DNA of 64,000 nt from a virus (IMGVR_UViG_3300043446_003158:64001-128000); one strand, 5' to 3'. Positions 46,402-55,962 are shown, counted from the stretch's first letter. Notes: generated by a model not told the origin, from the letters alone. Translations and numbers: made by a program.

Positions 46402-46778
46402 TTTGTTCCTCCAGTTTCAAATTTTGATTTAATAAAATTAAGTTGTTCTGTAGTAAGAATCCTCAAAGCTTGTTTTGCCTTCTCATTACTATACCCATAA
46501 TAACGTTTGACATAATCAAGATCTTTGATTTTATCTTGTCGGAGCCAGGGAGAAAATCTCTTCTTTTTCCTCAGACTATTTATAAAAAACTCATATTGCA
46601 TCTTCTTTGGAAGAAAATGATATCGGTTCATTTCATTCGCAAACATAATGCAATCAACATGTCCAGACAAACAACGATTGATAATATAAGGTGCATATTC
46701 CTTCTCAAGTGAAGGATCTTCTTCAATCAGATTCTGTTTCGTTTGATTGATCGAGTTTAACCAGTCCTTCAATTCCAT
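46398..46778 (-). CDS. gp62: Clamp loader small subunit (T4 gp62-like)
   Basis: PYIINRCLS, MQYEFF, VKRYYGYSNEKA; start MELKDW. Confidence 0.88.
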   Translation of the reverse strand: MELKDWLNSINQTKQNLIEEDPSLEKEYAPYIINRCLSGHVDCIMFANEMNRYHFLPKKMQYEFFINSLRKKKRFSPWLRQDKIKDLDYVKRYYGYSNEKAKQALRILTTEQLNFIKSKFETGGTK

Positions 46779-47598
46779 AATTAAAAAGCAGTAGTTCTTT
46801 ACGTGTTTTTTGATCTCGCATATATTCACCAACTGAACGCATCGTATAAGTCAAATCAAACTCCGCAGCATTCCAGTTCTTAAAGCGATCTTTGACAAGT
46901 TGATCAGAATTATAACTCACTAATTGATCCATGTTATTAGCATCGCAATCAGCAGCAAACTTATCGTGATCAAATCCTTTGTGCATTGATCCTTTTCTGC
47001 CATAGAGATTATCCTTAATGTCATAAGGAGGATCAAGATACATAAAAACACCCATATTTGCATCCATCAAATAATCATAAGAATAATTAGTTATACTCCA
47101 ATTTTTAATTATCTCAGAATACCCAGGCAGTTTTTGAATTCCCTGCAAACTAAAGTTGGAGTTGGATGCTTGTGGTGAAAATGATGAACTCTCTGTGAGA
47201 CCACTGAAACTACACTTATTGACAATATAGAAAGCCACAGCACGATCAAAATTTGACACAGTTTGGTCATTGATCCGCTCCTTTGACTGGAGAAAAAGTT
47301 CTCTTGCTAAATCAGGAGTATTATTTGCCGTCTTTAAATCTACCAATTCGCTTTTTAAATCATATCCAAACATCTGGAGTTGCTGCCAGAAATTTACAAG
47401 AGGTTCATATAAATCATTTACCCAAATATCTAGGTTAGGATATTTCTTCGTGATATAAATCGCAACACTTCCTCCACCAAGAAATGGTTCGCGGAATTGA
47501 TCATAATTGCGAAGGTCTGGGAAATAAGGTGCCATCTTTTCACAGGCACGGGACTTACCACCAGGATAACGAAGAGGGGTTTTTAAAGATTTCATCAA
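46723..47598 (-). CDS. dam: D12-class N6-adenine DNA methyltransferase (Dam-like)
   Basis: LRYPGGKS, EPFLGGGS, YLDPPY. Confidence 0.88.
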   Translation of the reverse strand: MMKSLKTPLRYPGGKSRACEKMAPYFPDLRNYDQFREPFLGGGSVAIYITKKYPNLDIWVNDLYEPLVNFWQQLQMFGYDLKSELVDLKTANNTPDLARELFLQSKERINDQTVSNFDRAVAFYIVNKCSFSGLTESSSFSPQASNSNFSLQGIQKLPGYSEIIKNWSITNYSYDYLMDANMGVFMYLDPPYDIKDNLYGRKGSMHKGFDHDKFAADCDANNMDQLVSYNSDQLVKDRFKNWNAAEFDLTYTMRSVGEYMRDQKTRKELLLFNYGIEGLVKLDQSNETESD

Positions 47599-48197
47599 AG
47601 GTGCTCCTCAATCAAAGAAAACATATCATCAACATTACAGTCTTTTTCAGCAGGAATGACATTTTCAACAATCATAGTATAATCACCCTTCTTCAATGCA
47701 CATTTGGGGTCCTTTGCATTCTCATCAATACATTCGTAAACTTTATCCCATGTGGTATAACCCACAGACATAGCCTTAGTATCAACTAAAAGTAGATAAT
47801 CAAATGTTTTAATTAGATCTTCTTTTTTCCATTCTGTTTTATCTTTACTAGAAGGATGAAAATTTTTCAATACAAATGGCCTGCAGTCACCACGGCAGTC
47901 TTTACCAGTTTTGTCTTTACCTGTTTTAAACAGACCAAATTGACTTTTCATTTCAACAGGTTTTTTCGTTTCTTTTAGAATAAAATCCCTGCCAGTTTGA
48001 AAAAGTCCCACATGGTCCAATTGATCATCGGACCACTTACAAAAAGACTTCTCAGTATAATGGGCACGAAGTCCCCTGAATGCGGAACTTTTCATTTGTT
48101 TTGTATTGGATGCATTTACCCATCCAAAAAATTGCTCAAAGTTAACGCGAGAAAAATCAATACTCATAATCAGGTTTGTTATACTTAAGGTATTCAA
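47595..48197 (-). CDS. Hypothetical protein with possible PD-(D/E)xK nuclease core
   Basis: E...GRDF..x..VEMK pattern; start probably MSIDF. Confidence 0.5.
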   Translation of the reverse strand: MNTLSITNLIMSIDFSRVNFEQFFGWVNASNTKQMKSSAFRGLRAHYTEKSFCKWSDDQLDHVGLFQTGRDFILKETKKPVEMKSQFGLFKTGKDKTGKDCRGDCRPFVLKNFHPSSKDKTEWKKEDLIKTFDYLLLVDTKAMSVGYTTWDKVYECIDENAKDPKCALKKGDYTMIVENVIPAEKDCNVDDMFSLIEEHL

Positions 48198-48363
48198 AAA
48201 AAGTAAGTTTCATTTCCTTCTGCGTCATGCCACAGTGGGCAGCAGCAGCAGGCAAAGTCATTTTAGCACGAAAAAGACCTTCGTTTGCCTCTTGCACATT
48301 TGCAGGAGTTGTTTTTACTGGAACTACATATAAGGTTTTGTAATCGATTTTGTAAAAACTCAT
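48157..48363 (-). CDS. Small HTH-like hypothetical protein
   Basis: MTLPAAAAHCGMTQKEMK. Confidence 0.6.
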   Translation of the reverse strand: MSFYKIDYKTLYVVPVKTTPANVQEANEGLFRAKMTLPAAAAHCGMTQKEMKLTFFEYLKYNKPDYEY

Positions 48364-49304
48364 TTGAATTCACACTCCACCATAATTTCTGTTAGTGCTG
48401 CTAAGAGGTTAATTTCTTGGTCAGCCACGAACGCACATTGGTATTGATACTTAGCAATAACAAGAACGGCAGCGGGAATAGATTGGGGTGAAAGGCAATC
48501 GTAACAGGCGTCATACACCCTACGAAGTAAACTAGAAGCATCGTTGTCCAAGTTCCCGACCACCCACTTTCGTACTTCCGAAAAGTTTTTTTCTTTGAGA
48601 TTTTTAACGAGTTCATTTACACTAATATCAGAGAAAGATGCAAGAATGCCAGAATCAATTTTACCTCCAGTTGAATATCTTTGACATTCATTTAAAACTC
48701 TTCGGAAATCTGGAAAATGCTTGGAGATTATTTCAACAAGAACTTTTTGATCATACTCAATTTTTTCCTGATCCAAGATCGTTTGGAGACGTTTGAAGAA
48801 AGATCCTGCAAGTTGTGCTTTTTGTTTTCCTTTAATTGTGAAGTCAATAACTGCACATCGGGAATGGAGAGGTTCAATAATTTTGTTTTTGTAGTTGCAG
48901 GTAAAAATGAATCTGCAGTTGTTATAAAATGCCTCAATATTCGCCCGTAATAGGAGTTGTACGTCGTTGCCCGTGTTATCTGCCTCATCGATGATGATGA
49001 CTTTGTGTTTAGAAGATCCCGTAAGTGAGACGGTCGAAGCAAAGTTTTTTGCTTGGTTCCGTACAGTATCCAAGAAACGTCCTTCGTCGGATCCGTTGAT
49101 GACATAATAATCTGCTCCTAGTTCGTTACATAATGCCTTTGCAATTGTAGTTTTACCAATACCAGGAGGTCCTGCAAGAAGAAGGTTAGGAATCTCACCC
49201 TTCTCCACAAACTCCTTGAATGTTTTTTTAGTATCATCGGGAAGAATACAATCCTCAATCACTTGAGGGCGGTACTTCTCCACAAAAAGAAATTCACTTG
49301 TCAT
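48360..49304 (-). CDS. gp44: Clamp loader large subunit (T4 gp44-like)
   Basis: EKYRP, GPPGIGKT, IIDEAD, SRC. Confidence 0.95.
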   Translation of the reverse strand: MTSEFLFVEKYRPQVIEDCILPDDTKKTFKEFVEKGEIPNLLLAGPPGIGKTTIAKALCNELGADYYVINGSDEGRFLDTVRNQAKNFASTVSLTGSSKHKVIIIDEADNTGNDVQLLLRANIEAFYNNCRFIFTCNYKNKIIEPLHSRCAVIDFTIKGKQKAQLAGSFFKRLQTILDQEKIEYDQKVLVEIISKHFPDFRRVLNECQRYSTGGKIDSGILASFSDISVNELVKNLKEKNFSEVRKWVVGNLDNDASSLLRRVYDACYDCLSPQSIPAAVLVIAKYQYQCAFVADQEINLLAALTEIMVECEFK

Positions 49305-49307
49305 AAT

Positions 49308-49820
49308 TTAGATCCAATCAGGTTTTCGTTGCGGCATACGAAGATAATTAGATGCAACCCAAGGTTTGGATGCGATATACATCTTGTAAGCAGTAAAAGT
49401 GTCAATGCTTGTGTCAAGTTTATACTCATCTGGCATAGCACGGGCAAATGGACTTACTTCTGTAATCTTCCCCTTAGGAAACAAATAATATGCTTGCAAC
49501 AAAGTATTATAACATGAGTGTTGTTTACCATATCGCAAATTATATTCATCGGCAAGATTCATACCATGTTTAATTAACCAATAGGCATTATGAATACTAT
49601 CCAGCGCCCATTTAGTACAAGGATGATTGCGAAATGCACCTTTTTCAGTTTTATAAGGAGTGCCATCACTCTTGTGTAGAGGACCATATCCATGACCCCA
49701 TTTGTCAGATGCCACAATAGAAAGCATTTGGCAGCACTCTAGAGGCATCTTAACGATGTGTTTGTCAGGAAGGCAAATGGCACTTTCAGCAGGCCAAGGG
49801 GAAGTTACAAAAATGTTCAT
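49308..49820 (-). CDS. Pyrimidine-dimer glycosylase family (Pyr_excise-like) protein
   Basis: MNIF, DKHIVKMPLECCQML, NHPCTKW. Confidence 0.7.
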   Translation of the reverse strand: MNIFVTSPWPAESAICLPDKHIVKMPLECCQMLSIVASDKWGHGYGPLHKSDGTPYKTEKGAFRNHPCTKWALDSIHNAYWLIKHGMNLADEYNLRYGKQHSCYNTLLQAYYLFPKGKITEVSPFARAMPDEYKLDTSIDTFTAYKMYIASKPWVASNYLRMPQRKPDWI

Positions 49821-50503
49821 CCGAAGGTTGAATCAGGTTCCAGAGCAATATAATACTTCAGATTGTACTTGGTGTTCGTGAATTGTGACAAAAGTTTAGA
49901 AGACACCACAACGTCATACGCACCAGGAATAATCTTGATGTTTTCTACTTTAAAGTTAAAGGTAAACTCGGTATCAGTTTCACCAACAACGATAGCATAT
50001 TCATTAGAAGTATCATTTTTCTTATCACGAACCACAAGTTTAATGACACCCGCCTCACCAATGGCAGAAAAATCTGGAAGTTGATAAACTGCTGCTGCCT
50101 TTACCAGTTTTTCAAGAGATGTGCTATCAAGTTGAAAGCAAACATCTTTTGAAGGTAATTGAATATCCTTTTCAGGAGGAGAAACAATTACGTTAGGATC
50201 TGCGAAGAAATACTTTACTCGCCTCTTACCTTCACGAATGCTCAAATAAGATTCTTCCTTAAAGTCCAGATCTGGATCTTGGTGAAGTCCAAGTCCATTC
50301 AAGAACTGATTAAGATCATAAATGGCAAAATCACGAGGAAACTCTTCAGTAATCTCTGCTTCTGCCAGGATATTTTTTGCCACGGAAATAGTACGAAGGC
50401 GATTTCCTCCTTTTACAAGAATTGAATTGTTAATACTTGCAAAATTCTTAAGGATAGTCAACGTGTTATCGGAAAGTTTCATAGTTTCTGGTTTTAGTTT
50501 CAC
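49817..50503 (-). CDS. gp45: Sliding clamp (T4 gp45-like)
   Basis: ILKNFASINNSI, FAIYDLNQFL, YYIALE. Confidence 0.93.
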   Translation of the reverse strand: MKLKPETMKLSDNTLTILKNFASINNSILVKGGNRLRTISVAKNILAEAEITEEFPRDFAIYDLNQFLNGLGLHQDPDLDFKEESYLSIREGKRRVKYFFADPNVIVSPPEKDIQLPSKDVCFQLDSTSLEKLVKAAAVYQLPDFSAIGEAGVIKLVVRDKKNDTSNEYAIVVGETDTEFTFNFKVENIKIIPGAYDVVVSSKLLSQFTNTKYNLKYYIALEPDSTFG

Positions 50504-51027
50504 TTGTTTTCAATAAGATTAAGGTGATTAATTAGAAGAATAGTATAGTGTAAAACCTTGAACAAATCAGCACGAGGAGTGCCCTTGGTGTCATAGCGAT
50601 CAATATACTTGGTTACATTACCTGCACAGAATCCTTCGCGGCGATTATGTTTGATTTTGTCAAGAGTTTGCTCCTTTCCACCACCAGTGCGATCCACATA
50701 ATGCTGCCTATATGTGCTAGCAATATATTCTTCAAGTTGTTTAAGAATTTTATCTTCGTTGTATTTCCAAAAACCGTTTTTGTTAGTATCTTCAGGCATT
50801 TTAATATTATAAGAATTTAAAGAAAAAGTATCAGAAGACGCAAAAGGATTACCAGTCAAACTAATACCATCATAATTCCAAAAATCTTGGGAATGGTCTA
50901 CCATTCCACCAGGAAGATGAGATCCAGAAAAAGAAATGGTATCTGATCCACTTGCACCAAAAATGGTTGATTTTCCAGTGGAAATGTAGTCTGAATAGTT
51001 TGTTTCAAAATTTTGAGAGGCGGTCAT
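50500..51027 (-). CDS. DUF3310-like protein with Ser/Gly-rich N-terminal extension
   Basis: TYRQHY, FCAGNVTKYIDRY, DLFKVLHY; likely start MTASQNF. Confidence 0.65.
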   Translation of the reverse strand: MTASQNFETNYSDYISTGKSTIFGASGSDTISFSGSHLPGGMVDHSQDFWNYDGISLTGNPFASSDTFSLNSYNIKMPEDTNKNGFWKYNEDKILKQLEEYIASTYRQHYVDRTGGGKEQTLDKIKHNRREGFCAGNVTKYIDRYDTKGTPRADLFKVLHYTILLINHLNLIENK

Positions 51028-51083
51028 AATTCTCCATAGTAAAAAAACAAAGGGAAGGCATATCTTTACCTTCCCCAATTATA

Positions 51084-52214
51084 TCAGAACGGAGCAGGTT
51101 GGTCAATATATTCAACCGTCAATTCAGGTTGAGTAGGCATCTGGAAATCAGCATCAACCTTGTCGTAAAGTTCAAGAAAAGATTGCTTAGTTGCATCATC
51201 AAAACGATTGATGCAAACTTGAATTGCTTTTGCCTTGTCATTAAAGATGCTGTAAGCACGGATAATATGAGTCAGGCGGCGGGTGCTGATAATTTCTTCA
51301 ATGGCACCTTCATAGAAGGTTTTACGAATTACATCTGCCCAATCCACCAGACGCTTGCAGAAATCACGGTCTTCCACGCCAAGGTCTAGAGCGATGCCTT
51401 CCAGGATCTTCTGCTCGGTTGCAGGAGCAGGATAGGACTGTTCAAAAGTCACAGGGAAACGCTCCAGGAATGCCTCATTGAGCACGTTGGTGCCGATGAA
51501 GCGCCCATCATCAGAACCCTTACCCTTGGTGTTGGCGGTGGCGAACACGTTGAACCCAGCAGCAGGTTTTACGAACTTACCAATCTTCTTCAGGAATACA
51601 CCCTTGCCTTCCAGAACGGATTGAAGACAGAGGATTTTGTTAGAGGCAAGGTCAATCTCATCCAGCAGAAGAATTGCACCACGCTCAAGTGCCTCAATCA
51701 CAGGACCATTGTGCCATGCAGTGTTCCCATCAACAAGCCTAAAACCACCAATAAGGTCATCTTCATCAGTCTCAATCGTAATATTTACACGAATCAATTC
51801 ACGCTTAAGTTGAGCACAAGCTTGCTCAACACTGAACGTTTTGCCATTACCCGAAAGACCCGTAATGAACGTAGGATAAAAAAGATTGGACTGAATAATC
51901 TTTTTAAGATCGTTAAAATTACCAAACTTGACGAAGGTATCATCTTTATCTGGAATGAGGTTTTGTTCCACAGAAGGAAGGGCAGCAGGAGCACTAAAAG
52001 AACGTTCAATTTCTTCTACACGTTCTTGAGTTACTTCAAGATTCCAGCGCCCACGATCAGTTTTAAATTGTTCCAAACGGCGTGTCACAGTAGGATAAGA
52101 AAGGTTGCGAGAAGCACAGAAACCACGGATGTCTCCCGCAGAAAGTTCGGTGCCGTAAAGAGTTTTGAGTGATTCAATCAGTTGTTCGTCGCTCACAGAA
52201 ATTTTACGAGGCAT
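51084..52214 (-). CDS. CobS/MoxR-like AAA+ ATPase
   Basis: GLSGNGKT, LLDEID, ATANTKG, NEAFLERF, ISTRRL. Confidence 0.9.
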   Translation of the reverse strand: MPRKISVSDEQLIESLKTLYGTELSAGDIRGFCASRNLSYPTVTRRLEQFKTDRGRWNLEVTQERVEEIERSFSAPAALPSVEQNLIPDKDDTFVKFGNFNDLKKIIQSNLFYPTFITGLSGNGKTFSVEQACAQLKRELIRVNITIETDEDDLIGGFRLVDGNTAWHNGPVIEALERGAILLLDEIDLASNKILCLQSVLEGKGVFLKKIGKFVKPAAGFNVFATANTKGKGSDDGRFIGTNVLNEAFLERFPVTFEQSYPAPATEQKILEGIALDLGVEDRDFCKRLVDWADVIRKTFYEGAIEEIISTRRLTHIIRAYSIFNDKAKAIQVCINRFDDATKQSFLELYDKVDADFQMPTQPELTVEYIDQPAPF

Positions 52215-52305
52215 GATTTAGTTGGGTGATTTGTTTCAACAAAGTAATTATACAAGCAAAAAGGGGGCAGGTAAGTGCCCCCTGTGACAGTTTAGAAATT
52301 GGTCG

Positions 52306-52479
52306 TCAGTCCATAGTAAACTTCTTTTTTGGAAGTGGTTTTTTAGGAGCAGGAACTGCTTCAACAACAGGTGCTGGTTCTACTACAGAAACTGCTTCAA
52401 CAACAGGTGCTGGTTCTACTACAGGTGCTGATTCTACTACAGGTGCTGGTTCTTGAAAAAAATCTGTAAATCTACTCAT
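52306..52479 (-). CDS. Pro/Val-rich repeat microprotein (not in ORF track)
   Basis: MSRFTDFFQEPAPVVESAPVVEPAPVVEAVSVVEPAPVVEAVPAPKKPLPKKKFTMD. Confidence 0.6.
   Translation of the reverse strand: MSRFTDFFQEPAPVVESAPVVEPAPVVEAVSVVEPAPVVEAVPAPKKPLPKKKFTMD
52353..52452. repeat. 18-bp tandem repeat, about 5.5 units, coding (E)PAPVV
   Basis: Units GTGCTGGTTCTACTACAG and GAACTGCTTCAACAACAG. Confidence 0.85.
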
Positions 52480-52509
52480 TAGATGCGATAGAATTCTATA
52501 AATTATTTA

Positions 52510-54663
52510 TCAAGCAACAAGTTCTACAAACTCACCAAGAATTTTCTTATTCATTTTTTTAGTCTTCAAACTTTTCACAAATGCACTTTTAATCTGTGCT
52601 TTTGTAGCATCTTCAGCAACAGAAAATTCAGATTCTTGAGAAAGAGCACTAGAAGAAAGACCAAAATAAGAATGATATCCTGAACTTTTGATGGAAAATG
52701 CTTTTTCCTTTTTCCAAGAAGTCATTACTTTATCATACTCACTTCCATAATAACCACAATAACGGCGAATAAAATTACCAGCATCACGAGATTCAAGAAC
52801 ACGAATTCCAATAAAATTAATATCCGCAAATTTATCCCTCAAGTTGCGAAGAAGAATATTAGTAAATTCATGCCATTCACAATCACACGAATAAGTCATT
52901 CCAGTTTTACGATCACGAAGGAATGCACTAGGTCCGATATGAGAAGTTCCAATATAAGGTTCATCTTCCCAACGGCGATGAACTTCACGGTGATACTTAA
53001 CAGGGCAAGCTTCACCATCGGTTAGAACAACACACTGAACCTTCTGTAGTTTGTTTTCTTTTTGAAATTTAGGAAGAATTTGGTGCATGGAAATAAGCGC
53101 CTCATTCAAAGGAGTTCCAGAAAGACTCATACCAGTAGGAACATTATACCTGGTATAAGATTTATAACCAAAACTTGCAGCAAGACGAAAGACGTTTTTC
53201 ATCTGTTCCTCAAGTACTTTACCATTTACTTTACTAGTAAACAGATTCATCATGGAGAACCATTCACCAACTTGAACAAGTCCATCTTTTTTCTTGTAGG
53301 CAAGTTGCCGAATGTTTGCCTTCCCATTTTCATCATAGGACCAAAGAGGATAATCTGTCGTAAACGCATAGACATCAAAAGGAATAGAAACTTTTTTACA
53401 GAACCAAATCAAGTTAAAAAGTTGTTTGACAGTATCCATCATAACTTCTTGCATGGATCCAGACCAGTCAAGAATAAAAATCAGACCATGGTTCTTACCA
53501 TCGGCAAGTGTTGTAACCTTTTTAAAAATATCTTCGTTATATTTGTAGGTATGAAGTTTGGAGCAGTCCAGAACACCCGTGCGGGCAGTAGAAGCACGAG
53601 CATAGGAGTCTGCTGCTTTACGGCATTCAAACTCTTTTACCAGATAGTTGACTTCCTTTTGAGCAGAACGCTTGAATTCAACAAACTGTTTGTCAACTTC
53701 TCCAAAAAGATCTTCATGAGTGTACCCAACATTCTCTGCATAGTCTGACCAACTTTTTTTGCAATTAGAATGAATCTCCTCATTTGGAACAATAACCTTA
53801 TTCAAATCAAGTTGAGGAAGTTCAAGATAAACATTCTCGTAACCATCAGAATTTACAAGATCCTTAAGTGCATCTTCAAGTGATTCCATCGTTTTTACTT
53901 CAGGATCACTTTCTTCACCACCTTCAATAGATGAAGAAGGTTTTTTCTCTTGCTCTGGAGTTTTTTCGTTTGAGGCAGAACCTTGCGATCCTTCAGAAGA
54001 AGGTTGGTCGTTTTCACCTTCTTGTTGATCCGTAAAATCAGATGCAGGTTGTTGACTTGCCCCACCCTGTTGAGATTCCAGATTATCAATCTGAATTTTA
54101 GTTTCTTCTTGTTGCTTTTGCTTACAATATTTGTACAGTTCTTCTGCCGCAATCAAAACATCGGCAAACGTTTCAGTTTCTGCAATCAAATTAATGATTT
54201 CAGTTTCTTGCCCACGCTCAATCGGAACATTTACATAATTACCAATCTTAAACCACAGGTTTGCACGGTCGGCAAGAGTATAAGTTTCCAGATTATCATC
54301 TTTAATTTGAAAGAAATCTTCGTCACAGAATTCCTTATAACCGTTATAAAAGGTCTTGGAAAGACCAGGATAACGGCGCTTCATCATCTTCTCAATACGT
54401 GCATCTTCTACGATGTTCACAAATTGGGGAGGAACTTTTACGTTTTTAGTCCAATCCTCATCAGGAGTATAGAGAGCATGTCCAACTTCGTGACCCACCA
54501 GAAGATCATACACGGTGTTGCTTGCCTTCTCCCACATAGGAAGTGTAAGAACACGGGTGTGAACGTTAAAGCAGGCAGTTTCTACCTTCTTGTGCTCAAC
54601 CACAAGGTCTTCGGTGGCAAGCAGTTTGGCAAGTTGAGACTTGATTTCGTGGCGAACGGTCAT
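52510..54663 (-). CDS. Zn-metallopeptidase (HExxH) plus vWA domain protein (CobT-like partner)
   Basis: GHEVGHALY, IVEDARIE, acidic linker, LDWSGSM MIDAS motif, SGTPL, LTDGE; start MTVRHE. Confidence 0.8.
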   Translation of the reverse strand: MTVRHEIKSQLAKLLATEDLVVEHKKVETACFNVHTRVLTLPMWEKASNTVYDLLVGHEVGHALYTPDEDWTKNVKVPPQFVNIVEDARIEKMMKRRYPGLSKTFYNGYKEFCDEDFFQIKDDNLETYTLADRANLWFKIGNYVNVPIERGQETEIINLIAETETFADVLIAAEELYKYCKQKQQEETKIQIDNLESQQGGASQQPASDFTDQQEGENDQPSSEGSQGSASNEKTPEQEKKPSSSIEGGEESDPEVKTMESLEDALKDLVNSDGYENVYLELPQLDLNKVIVPNEEIHSNCKKSWSDYAENVGYTHEDLFGEVDKQFVEFKRSAQKEVNYLVKEFECRKAADSYARASTARTGVLDCSKLHTYKYNEDIFKKVTTLADGKNHGLIFILDWSGSMQEVMMDTVKQLFNLIWFCKKVSIPFDVYAFTTDYPLWSYDENGKANIRQLAYKKKDGLVQVGEWFSMMNLFTSKVNGKVLEEQMKNVFRLAASFGYKSYTRYNVPTGMSLSGTPLNEALISMHQILPKFQKENKLQKVQCVVLTDGEACPVKYHREVHRRWEDEPYIGTSHIGPSAFLRDRKTGMTYSCDCEWHEFTNILLRNLRDKFADINFIGIRVLESRDAGNFIRRYCGYYGSEYDKVMTSWKKEKAFSIKSSGYHSYFGLSSSALSQESEFSVAEDATKAQIKSAFVKSLKTKKMNKKILGEFVELVA

Positions 54664-54750
54664 GGGTTTGTTGCGTATGGACCCATAATACAAAAAAAGA
54701 GGGTGGTAAAACCCTCCAGTGTGCCAGTTTGAAAAGTGGTCCCAATATTT

Positions 54751-55707
54751 TTACATAAAGTTTTTTCTACCACCATGAGCAGCCATTACTGAAGCAATTG
54801 CTTGGCGAGAAACTTCTCTACGTCTCTCATCAGCGGCTTTACGTTCAGCATCACTCATGGGTTTTGCTGGTTTTTGTGGTTTTGTAGATCCTCTACCAGC
54901 ACCAACTCCACCTCTCTCAAGTCTTCTATCATTTGCTCTATCAGACTCTTCCTCACTAATCATAATATTTTGTTTCCATTCTCTACTCATGTTTTCTAGA
55001 ATTGCAAGTGCTGCTTCTTCAGTATCTGCATAACCTTCATCAATTAAATATGCCATAATATACTCATCATTTAAACCTTTCCTTGCTACATGACCAGCAA
55101 GTTTAGCAGCACCAGATGCTCCCTTTCCAACTTCTTTTGCAACTCCACCAACATGCCCTGCTGCTTTTTTAATAGTTTTTCCAGTTTCTTTTGCAGCATT
55201 CATAGCAGCATTATGTCTTGCAATTCCTCTATTAATTGCACCAGCAACACGATCTAATACACCTGGTTTTTTAGGCTGTTTCTTTGCAGCAGCAGAAACG
55301 GCAGATTGTCTCTGTAAAGATGCCTTCATTCCTGATGGTTTTGCTGCAGATGCTTTTGATTCTGCATCTCTTCTTGCTGCCTTTTGAGCACGAAGTCTTT
55401 CAAGAGACTTACCAGTTGGTTTACCAGATTTGAACTTTTGCCCCTTTGCAGTCACAGGTTCAATTCTAGTACCACCTGCTCTTGCCTCACTCAAAACATA
55501 TTCTTCAGCAATATCATAAACAAACTCGGTAAATTCTTCATCACCAAGTTCTTCAATCAAAATATCAATACCTTCTTCGTTTAAACCCATCTCATAGAAA
55601 TATTGTGCAGCAATTTCTACTTCTTCTGAAAATTCTTGCGTTACATCTTCCTGGGCATATACATTTTCATATGCCTCAAATAAGGATTGCATTTCCGTTG
55701 CTTTCAT
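54751..55707 (-). CDS. Late, probably virion-internal protein, paralog of 28823-29836
   Basis: TATAAATA at 55729-55736; shared EGYADT.EAAL.I..NMS.EW module. Confidence 0.7.
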   Translation of the reverse strand: MKATEMQSLFEAYENVYAQEDVTQEFSEEVEIAAQYFYEMGLNEEGIDILIEELGDEEFTEFVYDIAEEYVLSEARAGGTRIEPVTAKGQKFKSGKPTGKSLERLRAQKAARRDAESKASAAKPSGMKASLQRQSAVSAAAKKQPKKPGVLDRVAGAINRGIARHNAAMNAAKETGKTIKKAAGHVGGVAKEVGKGASGAAKLAGHVARKGLNDEYIMAYLIDEGYADTEEAALAILENMSREWKQNIMISEEESDRANDRRLERGGVGAGRGSTKPQKPAKPMSDAERKAADERRREVSRQAIASVMAAHGGRKNFM

Positions 55708-55743
55708 TTTTATAAAAACGTTTTTAGTTATTTATAAAAAGAC

Positions 55744-55962
55744 TCATTCTTCATCCGCATGAGGATTTGCTTTTTTATCAGTTTTTACTGTATTTCTATA
55801 CTTGTTAATTGCGGTAGATAGTTTATCAAAATGTGATCTAGCTTGAGATGCTGTTTGTTGTGCGGCAGCATCTGTAGCATCACTCCTTTTTTTCAAATTT
55901 TCTAATCTATCTTTAAATTGTTGAGATTTACTTTCAATTTGAAATTCTTGAAAGGTTTTCAT
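55744..55962 (-). CDS. Small late protein with T4 internal-protein-like leader
   Basis: MKTFQEFQIE; TATAAATA at 55981-55988. Confidence 0.65.
   Translation of the reverse strand: MKTFQEFQIESKSQQFKDRLENLKKRSDATDAAAQQTASQARSHFDKLSTAINKYRNTVKTDKKANPHADEE

Noticed and set aside
47991-48010. gccagtttgaaaaagtc, resembling the 21-bp operator motif
   Set aside because: Lies inside a coding region (GLFQTG), matches only half the palindrome, and has no adjacent -10 box
51084-52214. Literal cobalamin-synthesis (cobS) function
   Set aside because: No other cobalamin genes in the window; only the generic MoxR-type AAA+ motifs are supported
52353-52452. Repeat array as a possible CRISPR
   Set aside because: Direct 18-bp tandem units without unique spacers, in frame within a coding sequence; no cas genes in the window
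53062-54732. Long + strand ORFs 53062-53748 (228 aa) and 53983-54732 (249 aa)
   Set aside because: Antisense shadows of the vWA-peptidase gene; no recognisable motifs, RBS or promoter
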